64,000 nucleotides of DNA from Obrimoposthia wandeli (lineage: Eukaryota). The notes beneath the pieces are model-generated. The model saw nothing but the letters and a program-made list of their open reading frames with translations. It did not search any database and had not been told where the DNA came from. The DNA is taken from NCBI GenBank assembly GCA_977020255.1, contig CDROCS010002866.1, positions 124,001 to 188,000 on the forward strand, read 5' to 3'. The position numbers and the translations under genes are program-made. Positions 32,656-41,878 of this stretch are shown here, piece by piece. Each line of letters starts with the position of its first letter. The first letter of the stretch is position 1.

Positions 32656-32707
32656 CAAGCGCGTGATTGCGGCGTTAATTTATGATCTGAAATGCCCGCT
32701 TTGTATC

Positions 32708-32858
32708 CAGACCGTGTAAAAACTCAGATTAAACTATTAATTTCCCGTTTCTAAAAAAACAGGCGTTATCTAAGCTATTGATTTTATTATTCCGATAATT
32801 TGAAAGGTTTATCAGGAAGGCGTAATTTACTTACTTTTAGGAGTTTTCACACAGTCTG
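32708..32858. mobile_element. 151-bp MITE with IS1182-like terminal inverted repeats
   Basis: Ends cagaccgtgtaaaaactc and gagttttcacacagtctg (16 of 18 complementary); no ORF; internal IHF-consensus site. Confidence 0.7.
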
Positions 32859-33083
32859 TGTCAAAGGCAGAAACTCATAAGCACTAGTATCCCTTATCCA
32901 GTATGAAACTTTATTTGGCATGAATTTTCATTCCTCTGCTACCAAAAGGCTATATACAGGCTTTAATATGAAATGATCCCCTGAAATTGATCTAGTACCG
33001 ATTTAGAGGGTATAGACACAATCCCCCCCTGATTAAAAGCCCCATACAGAAGGAAATTTATGGCTTTGCTCAATACTATAATT

Positions 33084-33233
33084 CATTGCTGTCCGGTTAA
33101 AAATGTAAATTCTTTACTCATTGGTTTGTGGTTTTCTAGCATAGGTAATTGGGTTTTATTAGCCAAATAACACTGGTGGTTAGCATAAAATCAATGACTT
33201 AAAGAACAACAAAAATCAAACCGGACACTAATG
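33084..33233 (+). mobile_element. IS4-type MITE, copy 1 (150 bp)
   Basis: Ends cattgctgtccgg / ccggacactaatg; flanks actataatt / actataact (8 of 9); homologous to copies 2 and 3. Confidence 0.9.
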
Positions 33234-33466
33234 ACTATAACTAAAGGATTAAAAATGCACCTAGAGTGCTGGGTACTAGCTTTCACTACTTCTGACACTT
33301 TCTTTCATTACTTATGAGGTTTGGCATTAATGCTGCTGATTTGAAAAACGATCCGCTTTTAAAACCACTAATATCATTTACTATGCTCGGTAACAAACAC
33401 CTTTGCTTTCAGATAACTGATTTTTTGATAAGCTAGCTCACTTAAAATAAGGAACTAGATAACACT

Positions 33467-34117
33467 ATGTTAATTACACTTTTTAAAGCTTTATCTACGC
33501 CTGTACCAAAATTAATAAAGCACCCAATACAAGTTGTTAAGGTTTGCAGCACCGACACAGCACGCGCTATCTTGATACAATATAAAACTGTGCCAGCAAC
33601 AGTGCAGCAGGTTACTTTGTGCACCCTGCCTGTGCAATTTATGGCTGATTTACACGATGAGTTAAATCTTTATGTAGATCAAAACCTCCCTGCGCACCCC
33701 GTTCTCATTTCCCATTCAAGCGACCATGAAAGCCACTTAACCTTACTTTACCCTAAAGCGTTGCAACAAATGCCCTACTTACGAGGGTTGCAAGAATCGT
33801 TCTTACTCATGATTCCCTGGCTCGGACTCGCTATTAGTTTGGTGAGCTTGTGGGTGTTACGCCACTCCAAACGTAACACTTATGCTAAAAAACCGCTAAA
33901 GTTCACCTTTAAGTTTAGCTTTTATCTATGTAGCGGTTTCATTACTAGCTATCCGATACTGTTTATACTATTAGATATCAATCAATATTTATGGGCTGGG
34001 TCAATCTTGGCCTATATATTACTATGCTGTTTAAACAGCTATGCAAGCTACGATCGCAATCAACGTGTTGAACGATACAACATGGCCATTTTACAACAAG
34101 CCAACACTAACCCTTGA
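33467..34117 (+). CDS. Hypothetical membrane protein
   Basis: 216-aa ORF with three hydrophobic segments in the C-terminal half. Confidence 0.55.
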   Translation: MLITLFKALSTPVPKLIKHPIQVVKVCSTDTARAILIQYKTVPATVQQVTLCTLPVQFMADLHDELNLYVDQNLPAHPVLISHSSDHESHLTLLYPKALQQMPYLRGLQESFLLMIPWLGLAISLVSLWVLRHSKRNTYAKKPLKFTFKFSFYLCSGFITSYPILFILLDINQYLWAGSILAYILLCCLNSYASYDRNQRVERYNMAILQQANTNP

Positions 34118-34243
34118 GCCAAGCGTCATATAACGATTATGTTTGATGCTATCAATACGATAATTTCATAACTTTCACAAAAGTAGCAATCACATAGAAA
34201 GACTTCTAGTCTCTTTTAGTCAATGCTGGTGAAGTTTTTTAAA

Positions 34244-34460
34244 ATGTAGTCATTTAATAATATGAAAAAAATTCACTACATTAGTTTTTATTATAAATTC
34301 TAATCATGTAGTTTTTATTCCTCAACCTCTTAATCCCTCAAGATTAATAGCTATTTATTCCTTATCACGCTACCAATCAAGCCTAGCGGGGATAATACAT
34401 TGGAAATTCTTGTAGTTTTTTTACAACTGAAATTAACTATTTTCTTGTAGTGCAACTACA
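34244..34460. promoter_or_regulatory. Cluster of TGTAG/CTACA operator-like sites upstream of aceA (HexR/RccR type)
   Basis: TGTAG-TGCAA-CTACA (34446-34460), TGTAG-TTTTT-TTACA (34411-34425), ATGTAGT (34244) and CACTACAT (34274). Confidence 0.6.
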
Positions 34461-34661
34461 CAGCCCCTTATACCACGGGTGCTAGCGTTGACTACATGCT
34501 TATAAAGAATGCATTATCTGCTCACCCCAAGAGGGATATAGATGATTGCTTGCAAACTTATTTCAATAATAGCGCTACATTTTAAATTGTCATAGCTGCG
34601 CTATATAAGTTTAAAAGCAGAAATCATATAACAATACACTTTAGCAAAAAGGACCAATTCA

Positions 34662-36260
34662 ATGTCACAATACATGCAAGATATCGATACTGTTACAAGC
34701 CTGAAAGAAAGTAATGGAAACAGCTGGACGGCAATCAATCCAGAATCAGTCGCTCGCATGAGAACGCAGAACCGTTTTAAGACTGGGTTAGATATCGCTA
34801 AATACACAGCTGATGTTATGCGTGCAGACATGGCAGAATTCGACACTGATAAAACTAAATACACTCAATCTCTAGGCTGCTGGCATGGTTTTATCGGCCA
34901 GCAAAAGATGATTTCTATAAAGAAACACTTCAACGGTCAAACAGATCGTCGCTATTTATACCTATCGGGTTGGATGGTTGCTGCACTGCGCTCTGATTTC
35001 GGCCCACTTCCCGATCAGTCTATGCACGAGAAAACCACCGTTGCTAGCTTAGTTGAAGAGCTATACACCTTTTTGCGTCAAGCAGATGCTCGTGAGCTAG
35101 GCGGATTATTCCGTGATCTTGATGCTGCTCGAGAAGCTGGCAATACTGATGCACAAGATAAGATCCAAGATCAAATTGATAATCATGTGACACATGTAGT
35201 ACCAATCATTGCCGATATTGATGCGGGCTTTGGTAATGCAGAAGCTACTTACATTATGGCCAAGCAAATGATCGAAGCGGGTGCTTGCGCACTGCAAATC
35301 GAGAACCAAGTTGCCGATGAAAAGCAATGCGGACACCAAGACGGTAAAGTAACGGTTCCTCACGCGGACTTTCATTCTAAAATTCGCGCATTGCGCTATG
35401 CTTTCTTAGAATTAGGTGTCGACAACGGCGTTATCGTTTCACGTACCGACTCTGAAGGCGCTGGCCTAACGAAAGAAATCGCCGTGGTTAAAGAACCTGG
35501 TGATCAAGGCGATCAATACAACGCTTTCCTTGACGTTGAAGAAATTGACGTAGCTGACATGGCTGAAGGTGATGTTTGCTTTAACCGCAATGGCAAGCTA
35601 GTACGTCCTAAACGCCTACCTTCTGGCTTATATCAGTTCCGTCAAGGCACTGGCGAAGAACGTTGTGTATTTGACAGTATCGAAGCTATTAAGGCGGGTG
35701 CCGATCTCCTTTGGATCGAAACTGCCACTCCAAACGTGCAAGACATCGCCAACATGATGAACGAAGTACGCAAAGAGATTCCCGATGCGAAGTTGGTTTA
35801 CAACAATAGCCCGTCGTTCAACTGGACTTTAAACTTCCGCCAACAAGCATTCGACGCAATGGTTGAAACCGGTGAAGATGTATCTTCATACGAACGCGCT
35901 AGCTTGATGAGTGCTGAGTACGACGCAACTGAATTAGCTGCTCGCGCTGACGAGAAGATTCGTACTTTTCAATCAGATACAGCCCGTGAAGCCAACATCT
36001 TCCACCACTTAATCACGTTGCCAACTTACCACACTGCTGCGCTTTCTACGGATAACTTGGCAAAAGAATACTTCGGTGACGCTGGCATGTTAGGTTATGT
36101 AGCAGGCGTACAGCGCAAGGAAATTCGTCAAGGTATCGCATGTGTTAAGCACCAAAACATGTCTGGTTCAGATATGGGTGATGACCACAAAGAATACTTT
36201 GCTGGTGAAAATGCGCTAAAAGCTGGCGGTGCAAAAAATACTTCTAACCAGTTCGGTTAA
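34662..36260 (+). CDS. aceA: Isocitrate lyase (long, Pseudomonas-type)
   Basis: YLSGWMVAA, IIADIDAGFG, QIENQV.DEKQCGHQ catalytic motif and YNNSPSFNW. Confidence 0.97.
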   Translation: MSQYMQDIDTVTSLKESNGNSWTAINPESVARMRTQNRFKTGLDIAKYTADVMRADMAEFDTDKTKYTQSLGCWHGFIGQQKMISIKKHFNGQTDRRYLYLSGWMVAALRSDFGPLPDQSMHEKTTVASLVEELYTFLRQADARELGGLFRDLDAAREAGNTDAQDKIQDQIDNHVTHVVPIIADIDAGFGNAEATYIMAKQMIEAGACALQIENQVADEKQCGHQDGKVTVPHADFHSKIRALRYAFLELGVDNGVIVSRTDSEGAGLTKEIAVVKEPGDQGDQYNAFLDVEEIDVADMAEGDVCFNRNGKLVRPKRLPSGLYQFRQGTGEERCVFDSIEAIKAGADLLWIETATPNVQDIANMMNEVRKEIPDAKLVYNNSPSFNWTLNFRQQAFDAMVETGEDVSSYERASLMSAEYDATELAARADEKIRTFQSDTAREANIFHHLITLPTYHTAALSTDNLAKEYFGDAGMLGYVAGVQRKEIRQGIACVKHQNMSGSDMGDDHKEYFAGENALKAGGAKNTSNQFG

Positions 36261-36280
36261 ACTATATTAGCCATAAGAAT

Positions 36281-36306
36281 TGTATCTTGGCCCAGGTCAA
36301 GATACA
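36281..36306 (+). terminator. Hairpin downstream of aceA
   Basis: Arms tgtatcttg / caagataca; no U-tract. Confidence 0.5.
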
Positions 36307-36447
36307 GCTCCTAACAAACATTATGGTAGCAATTCGATCATACAACGTAGCTTTGGTAATAATGCATATTTATCGGCCTCTCTACCAAAGAAAGGCATGT
36401 TTTTATACCTAAGAACTGCAATCTATTTGGCCTTGCAAACTAATTAA

Positions 36448-37023
36448 GTGATTTTGATAATGATAAATACAGCTACTTTTCTACAAGATGCTCAAGGCTT
36501 GTTAAACGAGCAAGGTTTTATTGCGAGTGACATTTGGTATCACGGCACTTCATCCCTTTTAGTCGACTCTATCAAAACAGAAGGCTTAAAACGCTCCGGC
36601 GATACCCAACTTAATGACGCCGCTAAAAAGACCATGGCAACAATCGGTAATAATTACGCTCAGTCAATTGAACCGGTATTTTTAACGCAAAGCAAAGCAC
36701 TCGCTTTTTATTGGGCTGAACAAACCGTAAAAAAACGCAGCGTTCGAGTTGAAGGCGATGAACTGCCTGTCGTGTTTGCTGTAAAACTCCCAGAATCACT
36801 TAATGCCCAAGTAAAACCGGATGTAGGAGCAGCTAGCTTACTACTATTGAAGGAGGGTGAAAACTTTATGCTTACTTTAGCGGCCCTTTATCAGATGCAC
36901 GGCTTAGATCTACCTGAAATAGATTTGATGAAAGCAGACCGTTTAGAATACTTAAACAAACTAGGCATGGCTTACCTAAACACAGATATAGCGGCTTCAT
37001 ACCTAGAATTACTCAATGAATAA
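36448..37023 (+). CDS. Hypothetical protein with ADP-ribosyltransferase-like HGT motif
   Basis: WYHGT...I..EGL and VFLT.S..LA..WA motifs. The start may be ATG 36460. Confidence 0.6.
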   Translation: MILIMINTATFLQDAQGLLNEQGFIASDIWYHGTSSLLVDSIKTEGLKRSGDTQLNDAAKKTMATIGNNYAQSIEPVFLTQSKALAFYWAEQTVKKRSVRVEGDELPVVFAVKLPESLNAQVKPDVGAASLLLLKEGENFMLTLAALYQMHGLDLPEIDLMKADRLEYLNKLGMAYLNTDIAASYLELLNE

Positions 37024-37084
37024 ATGAAGCAGTGATTTAATACTTTAGCCTGCTTGATTCCAAACTTTTTCATCCTCGACTTTC

Positions 37085-37114
37085 CCGAATCTCGTCAGAG
37101 ATTCGGTTTTTTTT
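37085..37114 (+). terminator. Rho-independent terminator
   Basis: ccgaatctc-gtca-gagattcgg followed by T8. Confidence 0.9.
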
Positions 37115-37343
37115 GGCTTGTTTGATCTAATTTAAACTCTTGCTATTCAGCCCTCATCTGCCCACCGATCTACCTTTCATCCACTCCAGTACTCACCCAC
37201 TTTAAGGGCCTGCATAATTAAAGCAAAATAATTCACAATATTGGCTCTCAATCCCTTATAATACGCGCTTTTTATTTTAGCTTGAAAGAAACAGTCAATA
37301 ATGCTGTTACTACGCACTTGCTGAGCAACCCAGAGATATTCAC

Positions 37344-38636
37344 ATGAAGTTTACAGCCTTAGATTTAGCCCCATCAATACAACAAGCACTTGACGCTTGT
37401 GGGTACTCTGATATGACGCCAGTACAACAAAAAGCAATAGTACCTGCGCGTCGCGGTAAAGATGTTCTTGCTAATGCACAAACAGGCACCGGTAAAACAG
37501 CTGCTTTTGCGATACCTATTTTACAACAAATAATTGATAAGCCAGTAACAGTTGAAGCAGGTTACACCCGCGCCGTTATCCTGACTCCTACTCGTGAATT
37601 AGCCGAGCAGCTTGCCGAAACGATTAACCGCTACGCTCAATTCTTAGATTTATCTATTAGTGCTTATTTTGGTGGCGTTAATATGGACTCTCAGAAAAAG
37701 AAATTGCAACGCGGCGTTGATATTTTAATAGCAACCCCAGGACGATTACTTGAGCACCTTGTGAAATGCAATGTCAATTTATCGCGCACTGAGTTTGTAG
37801 TACTTGATGAAGCTGACCGCATGCTCGACATGGGCTTTGTCGCTGATGTTGCAACTATCTTAAGACATACTCCAGATAAGCGCCAAACCATGTTGTTTTC
37901 AGCAACGATTTCGGCAGATGTTAATAACCTATCCAGATCAATATTAAAGCAGCAAGTAGAAGTACGTGCCGCTAAGTTAAATGTAGCAGCCGATACTGTT
38001 GAGCATGTCGTTTACCCTGTTGAAGAACGTCGCAAAGCAGATTTATTTAGCGAGCTAATTCATAAGTTTAATTGGTTCCAAGTACTAGTGTTTACCAGCA
38101 CTAAAGCACAGGCAGACAGCCTCGTTTTCAAACTTAAAAATACTGGCGTTACCACAGCTTTATGCCATGGCGATAAAACACAGGGAACACGACGTCGTGC
38201 ACTTGCAGATTTTAAAGCCGGAAAAGTACAAGTTTTAATAGCCACTGAAGTTGCCGCTCGCGGCCTAGATATTCCTGGGCTAGAATACGTCGTTAACTAT
38301 AACTTGCCTTACTTAGCAGAAGATTACGTGCATCGTATCGGTCGTACTGGTCGTGCTGGAAACAAAGGTTATGCCATTTCATTTGTTTCACGCGAAGAAG
38401 AGCGCACATTAAGTAATATCGAGAGCTTAATTGGCGCTAAAGTAAAACGCATACATATGCCTGGCTACGATGTAGGCAACCGTGAAATACTGCGTAAAAA
38501 CATCGCTAAAGGACGCCGTAAAGCGCCAAGTAATAAAGCGACTCACACCAAGATTGAACGTGATTCAAGTACGCCTATCAAAAGAGGCCTAAAGATCACT
38601 AAATTCAAAAGTAAGAGTAAAAACAAAGCTAAATAA
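37344..38636 (+). CDS. DEAD-box RNA helicase (RhlE-like)
   Basis: Q motif, AQTGTGKT, PTRELA, DEAD, SAT, ARGLD and HRIGRTGRAG; basic C-terminal tail. Confidence 0.96.
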   Translation: MKFTALDLAPSIQQALDACGYSDMTPVQQKAIVPARRGKDVLANAQTGTGKTAAFAIPILQQIIDKPVTVEAGYTRAVILTPTRELAEQLAETINRYAQFLDLSISAYFGGVNMDSQKKKLQRGVDILIATPGRLLEHLVKCNVNLSRTEFVVLDEADRMLDMGFVADVATILRHTPDKRQTMLFSATISADVNNLSRSILKQQVEVRAAKLNVAADTVEHVVYPVEERRKADLFSELIHKFNWFQVLVFTSTKAQADSLVFKLKNTGVTTALCHGDKTQGTRRRALADFKAGKVQVLIATEVAARGLDIPGLEYVVNYNLPYLAEDYVHRIGRTGRAGNKGYAISFVSREEERTLSNIESLIGAKVKRIHMPGYDVGNREILRKNIAKGRRKAPSNKATHTKIERDSSTPIKRGLKITKFKSKSKNKAK

Positions 38637-38637
38637 G

Positions 38638-38788
38638 CATTAGTGTCCGGTTTAATTTTTGTTGTTCTTTAACTCATTGATTTTACGTTAACCACCAGTG
38701 TTATTCGGCTGAAAAAATCCAATTTTCTTTGCTAGAAAACCACAAATCAACGAGTAAAGAGCTTACACTTTTTAACCGGACAGCAATG
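38638..38788 (-). mobile_element. IS4-type MITE, copy 2 (151 bp, inverted)
   Basis: Ends cattagtgtccgg / ccggacagcaatg; identical 9-bp flanks ctaaataag, the left one containing the helicase TAA stop. Confidence 0.92.
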
Positions 38789-38886
38789 CTAAATAAGCGG
38801 TAATGACCCTGAGCTAGCTATACATACTCTTGTGTAGTTAGTGCATAGCTTGTTGGCTAGGCACTGTGAACTAAGCGCTAATCAGG

Positions 38887-39543
38887 TTACTTGGTAATAA
38901 CCTGCGTCGCTCTTACAAACGAATCTCGCTGAATAACCCGCTCTCTATACCCTAACAAACTCTCATCCACATCAAATTTAAATTTATGCGCCCAGCCCAC
39001 TGTTTGCGCTAGTAAAATATCAGCCATTGTAAAGCTATCGCCCACTGCAAAATCCCTACCCTGCATAAGCGCTAATAAGGTTTTTTGTGCCTTTTCGAAT
39101 TCATATGCAACCGTAATGCTCAAAATCTCTGGTACTCTGTACTGCTCAGGTAAAGCAAACTTGTGCTTGCCAGCAGTCCATAAAGGCTGCTCTAGCTCAC
39201 TAAGAATAAAAAAGCACATTTCATCATACTTGGCTCTTAATAAAGTACCGTCTTCAGGCTTTAACTGCGGATCACCACTCATACAAGCAATATAATTAAC
39301 GATAGCCGCACTTTCTGTTAGCACTAAAGGAGCAGCCTCTTGATCAGTATCGCCAACCACCAGCGTAGGGACTTTACCCTGTGCATTCAATTCAATATAG
39401 TGTGATCCAAACCTGCCGCTTTCCCCTTGATCACTGAAATCAAGTTCTACATAATCATAGGCGATTTGGGCTTCTTCTAACGCCCAAAGCGCTCGAAAAG
39501 AGCGCGAAGGCCCTAAACCATAGAGTGTAACGGTAGTAGACAT
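38887..39543 (-). CDS. Glutathione S-transferase
   Basis: SRSFRALWALEE, LNAQGKVPTL, LTESAAI and FTMADILL. Confidence 0.92.
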   Translation of the reverse strand: MSTTVTLYGLGPSRSFRALWALEEAQIAYDYVELDFSDQGESGRFGSHYIELNAQGKVPTLVVGDTDQEAAPLVLTESAAIVNYIACMSGDPQLKPEDGTLLRAKYDEMCFFILSELEQPLWTAGKHKFALPEQYRVPEILSITVAYEFEKAQKTLLALMQGRDFAVGDSFTMADILLAQTVGWAHKFKFDVDESLLGYRERVIQRDSFVRATQVITK

Positions 39544-39646
39544 GACATTTCCTTGCTGGTTAATAAAGTAGACCGCTTGAAGCTATGAAGTGAGGAAGCT
39601 GATCAATGAAAGAAATGCACTCTCATTTATTTACGCAAGCGCTGTT

Positions 39647-40597
39647 TTAGCCTTTTGCTAAACCTTCAAACCAAGCTAAGTTAGGCGCAAAAAAAGCATC
39701 ACCCGTCACAGCACTCGTTATATGTAGTATTTTATCAGTATCACCGTGTTCATCAATATCACACATGCTTTGCAACATTACATTGAAGTTATCTGGGCTG
39801 GCTGCATAGCTAGCAAACAATAAGCCGCTGTGCTTCAAATTGCCGAAAGGCAAACTGTGACGTAAAATCTCAATACTGTTAGCATCACCATCTTTCACAG
39901 ACGTTCTCTTAGTGTGCGCACTATTTAGCTTATCTGCACCTGCATATTCATCATTGCTCAGCTTAGTGCGCCCATAGCTATCTTCCTGCTGTTTTAAAGC
40001 GATTTTTTTCCAAGTGGCTAAATCATGGTGATATTTTTGAATATGAATATAACTTCCACCATTAAAATATTTATCATCATTAACTAGCGCCACCGCTTGA
40101 CGATTTTCACCCTCTGGGTTTTCTGTTCCGTCCACGAAACCGGTAAAATCACGGCTATCCATATACTTAAAACCATGTACCATTTCATCAACTTGCAAAT
40201 AAGCTTTAAGTGATTCACATAACTCTAGCGCCAAATGATAGTTCACATCATGACGTATAGAGCGGATATGTAATAGCATGTCTGCATCGGTGGCGGGCAT
40301 TGTTACTTGTGCGTTATTGATCACTTGAAAAGACTGTAATTTTTCAGGCTTTTCAGTAAGCTCTAAACTATCCCAATAACTACTACTCAAGCCAACAGTT
40401 AACAGCAGTTGTGCATCAGCAAATACTGCTTGCATTTTTGCAAACTGTGCCGGTAATTGTGAAATAGCTTGCTTTGCATCGCTTATCTCTGCCGTTACAC
40501 CAACACTGCCAGAGCGTCGATTTAAAGTAATAAAAAGTGCGTTGGCACTGGCTGGCGCTATTATACCCTGCTGAATATTATCGATATTATGCTTCAC
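39647..40597 (-). CDS. Dyp-type peroxidase
   Basis: GFVDGTENP (GxxDG), proximal SAH and ILRHSLPFG with distal Arg; no signal peptide. Confidence 0.93.
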   Translation of the reverse strand: MKHNIDNIQQGIIAPASANALFITLNRRSGSVGVTAEISDAKQAISQLPAQFAKMQAVFADAQLLLTVGLSSSYWDSLELTEKPEKLQSFQVINNAQVTMPATDADMLLHIRSIRHDVNYHLALELCESLKAYLQVDEMVHGFKYMDSRDFTGFVDGTENPEGENRQAVALVNDDKYFNGGSYIHIQKYHHDLATWKKIALKQQEDSYGRTKLSNDEYAGADKLNSAHTKRTSVKDGDANSIEILRHSLPFGNLKHSGLLFASYAASPDNFNVMLQSMCDIDEHGDTDKILHITSAVTGDAFFAPNLAWFEGLAKG

Positions 40598-40689
40598 AAC
40601 ATTCCTCTTTCATTTATTAGCTACGCACTTGTGCTTAAAGTGAATCCTTAAGCGTTTTACTTTTTATAAAAGTACCAGTTAAGAACATA

Positions 40690-41523
40690 TTACCCGACAG
40701 CTCTAGCTGAGTCTTTAATCCATTCACTCCAAGAACCTACATACAGTTTAGTGACCGCCAAACCGGCATGGCGCATCGCTAATAAGTTATGACAGGCAGT
40801 GACACCTGAACCACACATATGAACGCTATTTTCCTCAGCCAACGGTGACCAAGCTTGCTGTAGTTCAAAAACAGATTTAAAGCACTTATCGGCTGCTAGG
40901 TTATTAGTAAAAGGGCGATTTATTGCATTGGGAATGTGCCCAGCTATTGGGTCAATAGGCTCTACTTCACCGTTAAATCTCGCTGCAGCTCTTGCATCTA
41001 TTAATTGATAATTACCGCTACATATCTGATCTGTGGTCACGGCTAAGTATTTTGAACCGCGGCGCACAAAATGTGAGCTTTTGATGACAGGAGCCATTTT
41101 TGTCAATACCTGTGATGCACCAAGCCAAGCATCGATACCGCCATCTAAAACCGCTACATTTTCATGACCTAGCCACTGTAACAACCACCATGCTCTCGCT
41201 GACATCGCTCCAGAGCAATCATCATAAACAACCACTTGTGTTTGCTCGCCAATGCCGCACTGTGAAAACAAACTGGTAATATCAGCTATCTCAGGAAGAG
41301 GATGACGCCCAGAGTGTGCATTTATTACCCCTGATAACTGTTGGTTTAGATCAATATATTGCGCACCCTCAATATGCCCCTGCTGATAAGCTAATTGGCC
41401 TTTATTGGTGTCCATTAAATCAAACCGACAATCTAAAATAACCCAACTGTCACTGTGGTAATTATCTGCTAGTTGTTGTGCTGTAATTAAGGTACTAAAC
41501 ATTGATCTAACCTCTACAATCAA
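40690..41523 (-). CDS. sseA: Sulfurtransferase (SseA/rhodanese family)
   Basis: GHIEGA, GRHPLP, VLDGG, GHIPNA, CGSGVTAC and YVGSWSEW. Confidence 0.92.
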   Translation of the reverse strand: MIVEVRSMFSTLITAQQLADNYHSDSWVILDCRFDLMDTNKGQLAYQQGHIEGAQYIDLNQQLSGVINAHSGRHPLPEIADITSLFSQCGIGEQTQVVVYDDCSGAMSARAWWLLQWLGHENVAVLDGGIDAWLGASQVLTKMAPVIKSSHFVRRGSKYLAVTTDQICSGNYQLIDARAAARFNGEVEPIDPIAGHIPNAINRPFTNNLAADKCFKSVFELQQAWSPLAEENSVHMCGSGVTACHNLLAMRHAGLAVTKLYVGSWSEWIKDSARAVG

Positions 41524-41645
41524 AGCGGTCGATTGCTCAATAGCTCTGACATTTATTTTTGCATATCAATTAATCGATGCACACTTTTTTATTAGCTTTC
41601 GTGTTGCATTATGCTCTAAATACATCTACGTCTATATTCTAGTCT

Positions 41646-41795
41646 CATTGCTGTCCGATTAAAAAGTGTAAGCTCTCCAGCGCATTGATTTGTGGTTTTC
41701 TAGCAAAGTTAATTGGGTTTTTCAGCCAAATAACACTCCAGTTAACGTAAAATCAATGAGTTAAAGAACAACAAAAATCAAACCGGCCACTAATG
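41646..41795 (+). mobile_element. IS4-type MITE, copy 3 (150 bp)
   Basis: Ends cattgctgtccga / ccggccactaatg; identical 9-bp flanks ttctagtct. Confidence 0.92.
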
Positions 41796-41813
41796 TTCTA
41801 GTCTATAAATACA

Positions 41814-41847
41814 GCCAAAAAAGAGTTCTATGTATACTCTTTTTAGC
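41814..41847 (-). terminator. Terminator-like hairpin downstream of trpS
   Basis: Minus strand: gctaaaaagag...ctcttttttggc. Confidence 0.6.
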
Positions 41848-41878
41848 CCCTACTTACTCAGCTCTGAGTTGCTAAATT

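Noticed and set aside
32964-33030. tgatcccctgaaattgatctagtacc as a possible IS3-family end
   Set aside because: No partner IR, target duplication or transposase remnant.
39647-40597. Dyp peroxidase as encapsulin cargo
   Set aside because: No C-terminal targeting peptide and no encapsulin gene adjacent.
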